Shown here piece by piece: positions 23,289 to 36,500 of a stretch of DNA of 64,000 bases. Position 1 is the first letter of the stretch; each line of letters begins with the position of its first letter. Where the stretch lies: NCBI GenBank assembly GCA_973895155.1, contig OZ316899.1, forward strand, positions 1,759,573 to 1,823,572, read 5' to 3'. The notes beneath the pieces are model-generated. The model saw only the letters and a list, made by a program, of their open reading frames with translations. It did not search any database and was not told where the DNA came from. The stretch comes from Marsupella aquatica. Its lineage: Eukaryota > Plantae > Marchantiophyta. Both the position numbers and the translations under genes were made by a program.

Positions 23289-23972
23289 GTGGTGAAATAT
23301 TTTAAAGGTACAAGATTGCTTGTACTTGATATGGATGCATTTCTTTATTATCCTTGTGAGGTATCATCGAAGAGCAACAAGTCGAGATTCATCACGGTGG
23401 ACAATGTTACAATATGTACAAGACCAATTTTCCACCAGTTTATGAAATTTTGTTTTGAGAATTTTAGTGTAGGAATATGGTCACGGATGTCAATAAAAAT
23501 ATTGACAAAATACCTGGCAGTATTACTAAGCGACAGTGAAAGGAGTACCCTCAGGTTTTCCTTTGGGAAAGAAAAATTATCGAGAATCGGTCTCAATGCG
23601 AACCAAGACTTTGTTTATTTGAAACTACTTGAAACTGTGTACCTTAAGATGCCACATGTAATTAGAGAAAATGTGACACTTTTAGATTTGCCAGATAATA
23701 CATTCTGCAACCCTTTTTGGTCATCTTTATATCCTTCTCCATATCATGGAGATGAAGATGATACATTTTTGAGAACTCAACTTATTCCTTATCTTTCTCG
23801 ATTTTACGAGTTTGACAATTTGTTTCATTATATTGAAGACTATTATCCAGATTGGTCCCTACAGTCTTTACATCTAGCTTGGGAGACAAATAAGAAGAAA
23901 TGGAAATCTTGTCCGGTATTTCAAAGGAAGGGAAACGTAGATCATGTCACAAAATTTAGAGCCCATACTTAG
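23289..23972 (+). CDS. FCP1/SCP-like (NIF) HAD-family phosphatase exon
   Basis: LLVLDMDAFL (DxD motif I), TRPIFHQFMKFCFENFSVGIWS, NP...YPSPY...DDTFL...L.PYL; candidate acceptor tacag at 23284-23288; frame open. Confidence 0.72.
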   Translation: MVKYFKGTRLLVLDMDAFLYYPCEVSSKSNKSRFITVDNVTICTRPIFHQFMKFCFENFSVGIWSRMSIKILTKYLAVLLSDSERSTLRFSFGKEKLSRIGLNANQDFVYLKLLETVYLKMPHVIRENVTLLDLPDNTFCNPFWSSLYPSPYHGDEDDTFLRTQLIPYLSRFYEFDNLFHYIEDYYPDWSLQSLHLAWETNKKKWKSCPVFQRKGNVDHVTKFRAHT

Positions 23973-24205
23973 TTACAAGTAGAAAGTAGCTTACTTTATA
24001 GAGGAGTGGATTTTAGTTCCCTCTTAGATGCACAATGTACTATTTGATTAAAATAAAGTAATATTTTGACTATTTTTGTAATTATCTCAAATCTATGTTC
24101 GTTTCAATTCTGTCTTGTTCAGTATCTGTGGTAGTAAATTGGTTATTACATTTGTTGCACCAAATTGAATGTGTGTGCACAAAGAAAGTAACATTTAAAC
24201 ATGAG

Positions 24206-24265
24206 TGTGATAAAAGAGGTTGCATTGATCATTTAAGCGACAAGTTTACTAATTGTCGGGCACAT
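24206..24265 (+). other. Isolated C-x4-C-x10-C-x2-H zinc-finger-like motif
   Basis: CDKRGCIDHLSDKFTNCRAH within ORF 24095-24286. Confidence 0.3.
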
Positions 24266-24787
24266 AAACACAAAACAACCAATTGAGGTATATTCCCTAA
24301 TTATCCCTTGGACTTCCCCGGATCCTTCCCGCACTCCCGAAGAGCTCCTGAACGGCTCCTGACCCTCCCCCGATCTTGGCCCAGACTGCTCCCAAACCCA
24401 TGCCGGCGAGGAAAACTCCCGAATAAGGTTGCCTGCTTGACGTTTCTGAGGATGTTTTTTGCACAATTTCATGCCTGGGCAAGGTCCAACCAGGATTCAA
24501 TATCTTTAATTAGCACGAATCTGACTAAATCTTATGCCCAGAAATGATATTTTGAAGCTTTTCGGGACTGCTACCAAAAGACTGAAATGAAAGTTAAGTA
24601 AATTGTTGTTTATAATTATATTAAATCAAATTAAATATAAATATAATATATAAATGCATTTGAGAATTTCTGGAAATAAAACATTACACTATTGTTTAAA
24701 TTAGTGTTACATGGACTTTGCATCCGAAATGGCTTTCTCCATCTGGTTGAACGCTCCTATGATCTTCTTGGAAAACTGTCAAACACT

Positions 24788-27700
24788 TGTCAAGGAGCTT
24801 AAGGGACTTTTCTCCTAAAAAACTACCTACTACCTGCTCCATGTCATACCAGGGTCATAAAGGATTGACAAAACTTTTAAAATATGCTTGCAATATCTAC
24901 TCACTCCATACATAAGTAGTTTCAACTTTCCACTTCTAGAGAAGTAGTCCCTTTGACTACTTTTGCACTCACACCCTTCCCCTCTCCTCTACTCCAAGGA
25001 TCAGCAAGGGGGATCTCCACTCCAAGTTGTCACTTTAGAGTAGATTCTCACACAAACACCCAAGACCCTCAAAGTAGTTTTACCCCTCAACCTTGCCCCC
25101 TGGCCTTGGTTTGGGTCCACACATCCCCTTTGAGCTCTAGAGAAGGCTCCTCTATCTAAGGACTCTTCCTCTTGTTTCTTACTTCTTGTTAACACCACAT
25201 ACCAAGCAAAATACTTTCCTCCCTCAAGCTATAATCCTCTCTAAGTCTCAAAGTAGTGCTCTACCTTAACCTTGCCTCCTTGGCCTTGGTTTTGTACTAG
25301 CACATCCTCTTCAAGCTTAGACCAAGATTACACCCTAGCATGGACTCTTCTCTTTCTCTCCTACACTTCAAATGCACTCACACTTAATGGTCACAATGAA
25401 TATTGGCAAGTCTCCTTCTATTGCATCATCTTTACAACAAAAATTTACTACATATTCTCCACACTAAGCATGGACCACCTCTCCCTTCTCAAGCTTAGCC
25501 CTACCTTGGCAAGGTAGAGATTCCACTTAAGAGATGAGACTCCCGGTCCCTAACAAAGGAAAACTCCTCCTTTTATACTATTCTCCTTCCACACTACACC
25601 TCCTGGGGTCCAACTATACCTCCCCCAAGTCCTCCTAACACACAAAGTCCAACTCTATAATTCATAGTCCACCCTACTACTTGCTATTTTGCCTCCTTCC
25701 AAGCCCTGGAATATGCCACACATGAGATGCATCCTTTGACCTCAAAATCTGCTCCCACTTATGGTCCTCCTCACCAGCTTTCCAGCCCACTTGAAAGCTT
25801 GCAAAAAGAGTGAGTGAGTCTCAAGTTTTACCTAGTCAAAGTTGGCCTTATTTTACTTGTAACCCTTTTACTACCCTAAGTAAACTACCCCCTATACTTA
25901 CTTCTCTTAACTTGATCGCCTTACACCTTTGACCAAAGGTAAGTTCCCTTCCCTAGAGCCTAACTAAAGTGGTATGGGTGCGAGAAAAGTCAGTCCATAA
26001 ATCTGGTGTTCATTCCGCTATGTCGGCTCCGGTTTGCAAGCTATCGGGACCCCCTTGTGGTCTTGGCTAAAAATATATTTGGGTGGTTCTTTTTCGGGGT
26101 TTCCAACTTCACCAAGGGGTGCCTTACCTTCTCCTAACTCAGCACAAAAACAATTGGACCCCAACGGATACCCCTAGCCAAAGTTATGCCCATTCTTCCA
26201 AGGCTTGTTTTTGGTGTAAAGCGAGTGTAAGTGGCGACCCGATTACACTTACTCTTTACACGCCCCTTATGGAGATTCCAGGTGTCACCAGGGGAGAGTA
26301 CTCTCATTACACTCACATTTCTTATGAAGAATTTGATAAGGACATCAATTTTCACAGCCATTTTCCTCTCTCTTGAATGCAATCTGAAACGACAGCATTC
26401 TCTATTGGATTCAAATGGCAGCAGGTCAATCGACAGCTCAACCAGGTTTGCAGCAGCCTTCTCAGTCCACCTCCATAGCTATCCAGCCTTGCAAGTGATT
26501 CAAAATTGCAGCTGAATTTTGCAGCAGCCATAGCCCACCAATTTGCAGCTAGCCCTCTTAATTTCCTTGCAGCTGGTCCTTTTGCTACTACATTCAATCA
26601 ATTTGCTAGTAGCCTAGCTCTATTCTCCAGCAGCCAGCCATAGCTAACCCTTCTCAACTTTGTAGCTAGCAGAGCAACAACACTATTGAGCTTGCAGCAT
26701 ACTTACTAATCAGCCAACACTCAACATCTCGTGCTTGAAGCTAACCCTTCTAATTTTGGTGCAGCAATCAGTCTGATCAGCTACCAGCCTTTCAATTTCG
26801 TAGCCCACCATAGCTCACAGTCAGCCAGCCATCTCTTGATCAGTAGCAGCCTATTTCTCCATAGCAAGCAACTCTAATCCAATCAGCAGCAGCCTATTTC
26901 TCCATAGCGAGCAACTCTATTCCAATCAGCAGCATCGAGGCAGCCAGCCAATTCTGATCAGCATCCCATGCCTGAAGCTATAGCAGCTCAATTCAATTTT
27001 GTAGCTGCCTCTTGATCCCAATTCGAAGCAAACATCTCATGTATTGACCCTTATGGTGTTCCTGACCTTGTGCTTGAGTCTCCCCGGCCTCGTGCTTAAG
27101 TCGTGGTCGCCGCCGACGCGGTTGACTCTTAGAAAAAAAATTGGATTTTTTTGTTGGAAAAACAGTATTTACATGCTGTTTTGGACCGCCCCCAAAAATC
27201 ACACATGAGTCCAAAATTATTTTTGAGTAGATCTACAGATTCTATAGACATAGGACTATGTCCTGGTTTACTAATATCTACACAAAACCTTATAAACGAT
27301 TTTCTAAAATTAGGTAAATATGGTTAATTCTTATGTTTTTCAAAATTCTTCTAAACTTTGAGATGCTCCTTGAAAGTAACCAAAGGTAATCAAGTTCTCC
27401 CACAAGTTTCCAGGGATAGAGTGGACCATATTTAACCTACTTTCCAACTTGGAACCCCTATCTTTTCCCATCAACTATTTTTCCCAAGACCCGCTATTTT
27501 ATTAATTTAAGTCTCACCGAAACACAAGGAAACCCTAGGTTGAGACCCCACTTGACGTCATACTTCTCAGGAGTGCTCTAAGGACCTCCTAGCACCTATA
27601 AGAAAAATCTTTAACCAAAACTAAGACTTCAAGTGTCGGGTCATTTCTCCAGCTCGGAATAGTCGCCTATTCTAACTAAGGACAAAACATTGTATGCCCC

Positions 27701-27901
27701 ACCATATAGACCTTTCTTATCCCTTGTCACTTGCTTACAACTTATTAACCTTCCATTCCACTATCTTTCCTATTCTACCTACTTAAGTTCCTAAAACCTA
27801 GTTACTCCGATAGCACTTAAAACAACTTTCTTACTATTCCTTGTTCAAAAAGTTAAAGAATGGCAAGTTTCTTACATAAACCTATATCGAGCCATTCCAC
27901 A
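24788..27901 (-). mobile_element. Putative 3' LTR of the degenerate minus-strand Gypsy (left boundary uncertain)
   Basis: Right boundary fixed by PPT ttaagtagggggcta followed by TGTGG on minus (27901); left end guessed at tgtcaagg 24788, TSD not testable. Confidence 0.45.
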
Positions 27902-27964
27902 TAGCCCCCTACTTAAGTGTGCAACGTCCCCGCAAACACACTCATTCCTGATTATAATATCGCT

Positions 27965-30900
27965 TCAATCGATCATGGTGGACTCTAGTAGGGAACATCC
28001 TTCAAGAGTAGCAAGCTGAATTGACCCATTAGCATAAACTTGGTGAACGACATAAGGACCCAACCATCGAGTATGCAACTTGCCTGGAAAATGAGCATAC
28101 CTACTATCATAGAGTAATACCAACTGTCCAGCAAGTAAAGAAGTCGACTTCTTCAACTTCTTGTCATGATGTTGCTTCACTTGAGCTTGCTTCTTCTTCA
28201 CTTGCTTACTTGCTTCCTCCCTGATTTCTTCCAACTCCTCCAGCTGGTAAGCTCTCTCCATCAAACTCTGGTCAGCCTCCATTCTCTCCTCCACACTCAC
28301 CCTCAAAGTAGGCACTTCAAACTCAACAGGTACAAGTGAGTGTTGTCCAAATACTAGGTAGAAAGGACTATGGCCAGTTGTGGTCTTGAAAGCAAGGTTG
28401 TAGGAGTACACAGCTGAGTATAATTTGTCATCCCAATCAGTCTTGTGTGCCGTCACAATTTTGTTCAAGATCTTGCCAATGATGCCATTAGCTCTCTCCA
28501 TTAATCCATTTGCCTTGGGGTGATAGGGAGTGGTCTTCCTATGCTTAATCAAGTACTATGAGCTCCTCCACAACCTCATTCAAGAAGTGAGTCCCCCTAT
28601 CACTAACCAATTCGAGAGGTGGCCCAAATCTGGTAAAATTCTGCTAATACATGAACCTTGATACTGTCAGAGCATTGTCCAGCCTTGCTTGTTGGTCTTG
28701 CCTCTACCCACTTAGTAGCATAATCAGTTGCAAGAAGGATGTATCGATTCCTTCTAGACCTGGTCACAGGAGTGATGGGACCTATGAAATCTATACCCCA
28801 TTTCTCAAAAGGTGCAAGAGGTAAAATGGTGGTAAGAGGGTGATGCCTGGAGTGAGCTGGTTTACCTGTCCTTTGGCAAGGGTCACATCCCCTCACAAAA
28901 AGAATTACATCTTTATGAAGTGTTGGCCACCAATACCTTGCATCAAGGATCTTCCTTGCTGTTGTTGCACTTGCATAATGGCCACCAGCCTCCTCCTCAT
29001 ACATAGCTCTCATCACAATGGAGATTTCCTTCTTCTCCAAACACCTCCTTAGTCTCCCATCAACTCCTTCCTTGTGAAGGACACCCTTCACCAATAAGTA
29101 GGGTCTGACTTTTTGCAGGAAAACAGCAGCCTCCTCTTGGTTCAAATCTCTTGGTAGCCGGGTTGTGAGAAGAAATTGGATGATATCCAAGTACCATGTA
29201 TCCCCTCCACTTCCCACATGAATGAGGTCTTCATCTGGAAACTGATCATCCACCTCCTTCAACTCCTCTTCTCCTTCAATCCTTGAGAAGAAGTCTGCAT
29301 TCCCATGCTTCTTACCAGGCCTGACCCTCACCTCATAATCAAACTCTTGGAGCAACAAGGTTCACCTTGCCACTCTACCAGTTACATCAGGTTTATTCAC
29401 CACATACTTGAGAGCATTGTGATCAGTATGGAAGACCACCTTATAGCCCAACAAGTAGTGCCTAAACTTCTTACAAGAGTAGATGATGCCTAGAGCTTCT
29501 CTATCGGTTGGTGAGTAATTCTTTTCAGCTGGTGCTAAAAGTCTACTTGCAAAGTAGATAGGGTGATCCTTATTCTGGTCATCAAGTTGACTGAGCACCA
29601 CACCAATACAAAAACCAGACACATCCATATACACATGGAATTCTCTACTAACTCCAATCAGGTGCTATCAAGATAGGAGCTTCAACCAACCTGTTCTTCA
29701 ACTCCTGGAAACTTGCTAGCCTCTCAACTGAGGGTTCGACCTCAGCCCCCTTCTTAAGCATGCTGGTTAGGGGTAAAGCTACTTTAGCAAAGTCCTTAAT
29801 GAAGCTTCTATAGTAGTTTAAACATCCCAAGAATCCCCTCAACTCTGTTCCTGAAGTTGGAAATTGGACAGCCACCCAAACAGCCACCTTTTCTTGATCC
29901 ACCTTGATGCCTTTCTTGGATACCTTGTGACCAAGTAGTATCCCTTCTTCCACGCCAAAGAAGCACTTCCCTGGGTGAAGCTTCAAACCAACTTCCCTAC
30001 ATCTTTGGAAGGTCATCCTGAAATGTCAACATGGTCCTTCCTCCTTCCAAAAACAACAAAGTCATCTATGAATACTTCCAAGAACTTTCTCAAGTAGTCA
30101 TGAAAGATATTCATCATCAACCTTTGGAACATACCAGGGACATTACAAAGACCAAAAGGCATCCTCCAAAAGGCATAAATCCCCCACTCAGTGGTAAAGG
30201 CTGTCTTCAACTGGTCCTCCTTCCTTATCCAAATCTGGTTGTAAGCTGAGTACCCATCTAGGAAGCTATACACTTCCCAACCAGCTATTAAGTCAAGTTC
30301 CATATCAGTAAATGGAATGGGATAGTGGTCCTTCTTAGTGGCCTCATTGAGTTTCCTAAAGTCTTGGCAAACTTGGATCTTAGGCTTACATCCAAGCCTG
30401 GTTTCTTTGGTACAATGACAATTGGGGAAACCCACTCACTATTTAACACAGGATAGATGAAACCTGCTTCCAACAATTTGTCTATCTCTTCTTTCACCAT
30501 CAAGTAGTACTTGGGATTCATCCTATATTGCCTTTGTCTCACGGGTGAAGCTCCTAGCATCAAGTCAATTCTATGCTCACCAAGTTCAGGGTTTACACCA
30601 GTAAGATCCAAGTGACTCCAAGCAAACACATCCACATATTCACCTAGCAAATCTTGGATAGTTTTCTCTTCACCTGATCCCAAGGCATTTCCCAAGTTGA
30701 AGGTCTTGTCTTGCTGCACAAAGATGGTTCTGTACTGCTCAGCTCGAATCACCTCTATCTTGTTCCTCATTGTGGAGTCAAAAGTGCCTTCAAGTTGTGC
30801 CAATCTCATGCCTCCATAGACTGGTGCATTTTCAGCACTTAACTCCTCTTTCTCCTTGCTTGAATGCTGGTCTTCCTGAGTCTCATCCTCCTCTAAGTTT

Positions 30901-31115
30901 GCAGCCCCCAATTGGTCCTCCAGCTCCTTTATCTTGAGCTTCAACAAGGCCAAGTGTTTAGCCTTCACCCTCTGGTCATGAACCCCCTTCTTAATCTCAA
31001 CTTGGGGAGCACCCTTGCTGGTCTGATCAGCCTCCTGAGCCACTGTGATAGTGTCTTCTTTGTTGTTCTCCTTGGATGAGGTGGCAGCCTGCTTCACCTC
31101 CTCTAGACTGGTCAC
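27965..31115 (-). pseudogene. Degenerate Gypsy pol (RT-RH-IN), sister family of the plus-strand element
   Basis: Fragments: PVYGGMRL, MNPKYYLMVKEEIDKLL, KDHYPIPF, FIDDF, DVSG...EALG...TDH, WGIDFIGP, TPYHPKANG, GPY; many frameshifts; cut at 31129 by an LTR. Confidence 0.9.
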
Positions 31116-31129
31116 TTCACTGATACTAG

Positions 31130-33141
31130 TGTGATGCCTAGCCAGGACTCACTAGGCCAGTTTAAATGATAAAATAAGGAGTAAACCCTGGAAACACATT
31201 AGTATAGTAGCAAAAAGATGGAAAATATAAACAATTAAGGGTGGCAATGGAACCCGAGCCGAGGCTGGAAGTAAAAACGTCGGGGGAGGGAACATGATTA
31301 GGGTTAGGGCGCGCTAAGTGCCGGCGGCTATAGGTAACTAACGGGAAGAAAGACCAGTCAGGGAGGGGTAAGGATTGATCGCAAGGAATGGTGGCTCATT
31401 TGCAAGCACGAACTAAGCAGATGACTACGGGAGGCCAACTACTGTCCGCTGCTCAGGCAAGCACTCGGGGTGGAAGCAGATAGTGACAATCAACTCAAGA
31501 AGGGTATGAGCAACGTCAATCAAGCTGCTCATTTTTGGGGATGCCTGTTAGAACGGGCAACTGAGTACATTGGGACCTACAAGGACGAAGAATTGGAGAG
31601 AGCCGCTTGAGAATGGCAGGAGCTCGCTCGACTGTGGGAGCTGCAGAAGTTTGCCTTCTTAGGAGGAGAACTCATCACGGCTGAATTCCTGTGGACGCCT
31701 ACTGCCGACAAACTCGACGATCTTCTGTTTTGTGAAGACAGAATAGTCGGCATCTGGGAAGCCATCAACCGCTGCAATGACATACACTGGGAGTTGAAGG
31801 GTAGCACGGAGGGGTGGACGAAGGCAACCGTGCTAGGAGAAACATCCACGGCAGCCGCTATGAAGAGGAAAGGGAACATCAATGAAGAGACCACCCCTGC
31901 AAAGAGAACAAGGTTGGCGGCACCAAGGAAGCCAGCCAAGCAAGGGAGCAGGAGGCAGGAAGAAGCCAAAGAAGAGGAGGTCGACCCCATCAATGCCGTT
32001 CCGACAAGAGATGACACCTGGAAAGGCTGGGCGGCAACCCTCCCCGAGGAAGTGCAATTACACTTTGCACGTGAAGAGGATGCATGCTTTACGGCTATGC
32101 AGACTCGGAAGTACCAAGGCTTCATGGCCGGATCCGGCCTGGAAGCCTTTGTGAAGTTACCATGGCTGAAGCCGGAGGTGCCGGATTCAGACTTATTAGA
32201 ATTTGTGGGATCCTGGGAGCCCGAGTCCAATTCCACAAGGGTGTATGGGAAGGATTTCTATCTCACTCCTCGAGTAATTGCCGAAGTGTTTGGCTTGCCG
32301 ATGGGCAATAAGACCAAAGTTGATACCAGGAAGACCTTGCCTGACAAGGAGTTCTGGTCATTCCCAGGGCCATCAACAAAGAATGGCTTCTTCCAGAACA
32401 CCTACACTAACCCGCACATTGGGGAGATGATCAATTTCTTGCGGGTAACCATGCATTGCAACTTGCTGAGGCCAAAGATCAGCAAGGCACAGGTTTACCT
32501 GGCGGAGAGGCCAGACCCCAGTCGGGACTACAACGGATACCTCCTCACCCAATTGAAGAAAATCTTGAAGGAGGAACAGCAGACGATCGGCAAGGGAAGC
32601 GTGTCCCGGCTTGGCTATCATATGCCGCTGTTGTGCCGGTATGCCCGAAGTCAGATATTTTCCCCGGTACTTCCCCTGCAGGCAAGAGCACCAGAGGAGG
32701 TTCCGGAATAGAGGTCGGCAACAGAGAAACCGACCCAGCCCGACAGTCCTACAATCAAGTAGGTGTTTAGGCTGAGGAAGGAAGACTTGCCGATGCAGCA
32801 ACAGGCATGCAGAACCTGCTGAAATTGCTGGAGAAGGAAAGGAGAACGACAACGGCAACGGGACCGGTACAGAATATTGCTCCCAAAGTTGGCCTAAGCC
32901 GACTTACCAGGGAAAACCCTTTTACAGGGGCCAAGGAGAGAGGGAGGCCGGAACACGAGCCGGGAGTCCAAATGTATGTAGGAGCCTCAAGTCCCGAAGC
33001 CAAGGAGAAGCAGCCCATAGCTCCTGGTTGCGACAGAGAGAAGAAGAGATCAACCTGGAAGCCGGAGGAGGAACCACGACCTGTGATCTGTGAGGCCGTG
33101 TTCACGGAAAAACCAAGAGAGCAGCGGAGGGAGCGCGTAGT
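31130..33141 (+). mobile_element. Older giant-LTR Gypsy: 5' LTR, left part (carries decayed PMD-like ORF)
   Basis: Starts TGTGATGCCTAGCC; diverged homologue of 33142 onward; ORF 31794-32711 with SWEPESNSTRVYGKDFYLTPRVIAEVFGLP; preceded by ACTAG. Confidence 0.88.
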
Positions 33142-33517
33142 TGTGATGCCTAGCCAGGAATCACTCGGCCAGTTAAGTGGGTAAAGCAGGAGTGCACCCT
33201 AGAAACACCTTAGTATAGGGACAAAACAAGGAAAATATAAACAATTAGGGGCGACTATGGAACCCGGGCCAAGGCCGGAGGTAAGGATGCTGGGGGTGAA
33301 AACAAGATTAGGGTTAGGGCGCGCTAAGCGTCGGCGGCTAGGAAGGATCAACGGGAGGAAGGACCGGAAGAGGAGAGGGGTAAGGAGCGCTTGCAGGGAA
33401 TGGTGGCTCATTTGCGAGCACAAACTAGGCAGATGACTACGGAAGGCCAACTACTGTCAGCTGCTTAGGCAAGCACTCGGGGAGAGAGTAGATACCGACG
33501 ATTGACCTAAGGAGGGT

Positions 33518-36500
33518 ATGAGCAACGTCAATCAAGCGGCACATTTCTGGGGATGCCTGTTCGAACGGGCAACTGAGTACATCAAGACTTACGAGGACGA
33601 AGAATCAGAAAGGGCAGCTCGAGAACGGCAGGAGCTTGCTCGATTGTGGGAGCTGCAGAAGACGGCTTTCTTAGGAGGCGAACTCATCAAGGCCGAGTTC
33701 TTGTGGACTCCTACTTCCAATCAGCTCGACGATGTTCTATTTTGTGAAGATAGAGTCGTCGGCATCCGAGAAGCCATCAAACGCTGCAACAACATACACT
33801 GGGAGTTGAAGGGTAGCACGGAGGGGTGGACAAAGGCAACCGTGCTAGGAGAGACATCCACGGGAGCCGGAATGAAGAGGAAGGGAGCCGTCAATGATGA
33901 AGCCACCCCGGCAAAAAGAATGAGGTCGGCGGCACCAAAGAAGCCAGCCGAGCAGCAGAGCAGGAGGCAAGGAGAAGCCAAAGAGGAGGACGATCCCATC
34001 AATGCCATTCCAACCAGGGATGACACCTGGAAAGGCTGGGCGGCAACCCTACCAGAGGAGGTGCAACTACATTTTGCACGGGAGGAGGATGCATGCTTTA
34101 CGGCCATGCAGACCAAGAAGTACCAAGGCTTCATGGCCAAATCCGGCTTAGAGGCCTTTGTAAGATTACCATGGCTGAAGCCGGAGGTGCCGGATTCAGA
34201 CCTATTAGAATTCGTGGGGTCATGGGAACCTGAGACCAATTCCACGAGGATATATGGGAAATGATTTCTATCTTACTCCCAAGGTGATTGCCGAAGTGTT
34301 TGGCTTGCCGATAGGCAATAAGACCAAAGTTGATACCAGGAAGACCTTGCCTGACAAGGAGTTCCGGTCGTTCCCCGGGCCATCAACGAAGAATGGCTTC
34401 TTCCGGAACACCTGCAACAACCCGCACATAGGAGAGATGATCGACTTCTTGCGGGTGGCCATGCATTGTAACTTGCCGAGGGCAGAGATCGGCAAGGCAC
34501 AGGTCTATCTGGCAGAGAGGCCAGACCCAAGCCGGGACTACAACGGGTACCTCCTCAACCAATTGAAGAAGATCTTAAAGGAGGAGCAGCAGGTAATCGG
34601 CCTGGGGAGCGTGTCGCGGCTTGGCTATCACATGCCACTGTTGTGCCGGTATGCCAGAGGTCAGACCTTTGCCCCAGTACTTCCCCTGCAAGTAAGGGCA
34701 CCTGAGGAAGCTCCAGCATCGAGGCTGGTAGCAGAGAAGCCTCAACCACCTGTTAGCCCTACGATTGAGCAGGTGTTTAGGCCAAGGAAGGAAGACTTGC
34801 CGATGCAGCAACCAAGCATGCAGAATTTGCTGAAAATGCTGGAGAAGGAAAAGACGGCACTGGCACCAGCTTCGGCAGCGGCACCAATACAGGACACTGC
34901 CCCAGAGGTCAACCTAAGCAGACTTAGAAGGGAAAACCCCTTTACCAGAAATAAGGAGAGAATCAGGCCAGAATCCAAGCCGGGTGTTCGAATGTATGTG
35001 GGAGTCTCAAGCTCTGAATCTGAGGCAGAATTGCCTGAAGCTCCTACCGGCAAAGAGGAGAGGGAGAAGCCGGAAGTCCAAGAGGTGGAGGAGGCAGTGG
35101 AGGACTGCAGCCATGATAACTCCGGCTATGGGTCGGACCATCACGTTCCAGGAGTAAGGACCTGTGGCCGGTTTATCCCCACACTTCCAAGGGTAGTTCG
35201 AGGGGACCCCAACCAGCAGAGTAGCCCCGAGTCTCCCCCACCAGATGTTGCTCCCCCGAGCTTTGACGGCATAAAGCAGACGGCACAGGAATTCCAGGAG
35301 CGACTTAGGGAAGCAGAAAAGGCAGCCCTGGCTAGGGAAAAGGATTTGCCAGGAGGAGATTGGCCGGAGGACATCAGGCGGCTAGCCAAAAAAGGAAGCA
35401 AACCTCTAGCCACGATTGAAGAGATCCGCAAGACGGCTTGGGAGCAGAGGCCGTGATGGGCGATGCCGATCACTTCTACTTACTCCTCCTACGCTAAAAA
35501 TAGAGCCATGGAGTATGGTGAGATATGTGGGGAACTTGCGCTTGGCATCTTTGGGGAGGAGTTGGAGGTAGGACCCTTTTTCCATAGGGAGCAGTTGGAG
35601 AAGCACCAATCAGAAGAAGCGGTGGCTTTAGAGAGAAGCAAGAAGGACGAGGTCATCCGACGGCTTAGGAGGATGGAAGCCGAGATTGAAGATCTAAGGG
35701 CGGCCAAGAAAGCCCAAGATGAACTGCGGATTAAGCGGCATGAGCTGAACATCATGCAGGGGAAGTTGGACACCGCGCAGGCTGATAATCAGATTATCAA
35801 GGATAAACTGACTCAGACCCAGGGAGAATTGGCCGACGCAATCAAGGACAGGGAGAAATGGAAGAAGGAGCTGAGAGACGCAGAGGAGGCCCATATAGCA
35901 GTCAACAACCGGGTCACGGCGGAGACTCAGAGAAGGGAGAGGGCGCTGAAGGAAGAGGTCGAGGTCATCCGCAGAGCCCTTGAGCAGAAGGAGGCCGAGT
36001 TAGGGAAATCCTATCAAGGGATTATTGCGCTACAGCAGGAGCTTGCGTCCCTGATGGCCAGCTTCAAGGCCGACCTGCGGGAGAAGGACGCTCAGCTCGA
36101 CCAGACCTATGCCAAGATGAATAACATGGAGTCTGAGGTCGTAGCGGAGCTCGACAAGGAGCTAAGAGCAACCCAGGAGGAGAGGGCTACCACCAAGAAG
36201 GAATTGGAGGAAGCCCACAGGGAATTGGAGGAAGCCAAAAACAAGCTGGAGGAGGCACGTAAGGACCTGGATGAGACCCAGGAGGAGTTGGAGGAAATCA
36301 CAAGGAAGATGGAGAACCTACAACGGCGGACCGACAACCAAACAGAGCGGCTGAAGAAACAAGCCGCAGTATTTAAATGCTTAGCTGCATCAAGTCCATC
36401 TCCCGTTGGGGCAAACCAGTTACCCGGGGTGGTAATTGCCGAAGGACCAGCCGTGACACACGGCCCGGTGCCAGACGTTGGCGGCAAGGGGAAGGAACCG

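Noticed and set aside
25965-26055. Structured ncRNA (snRNA or ribozyme)
   Set aside because: GC-richer island but no recognisable snRNA, tRNA or hammerhead core
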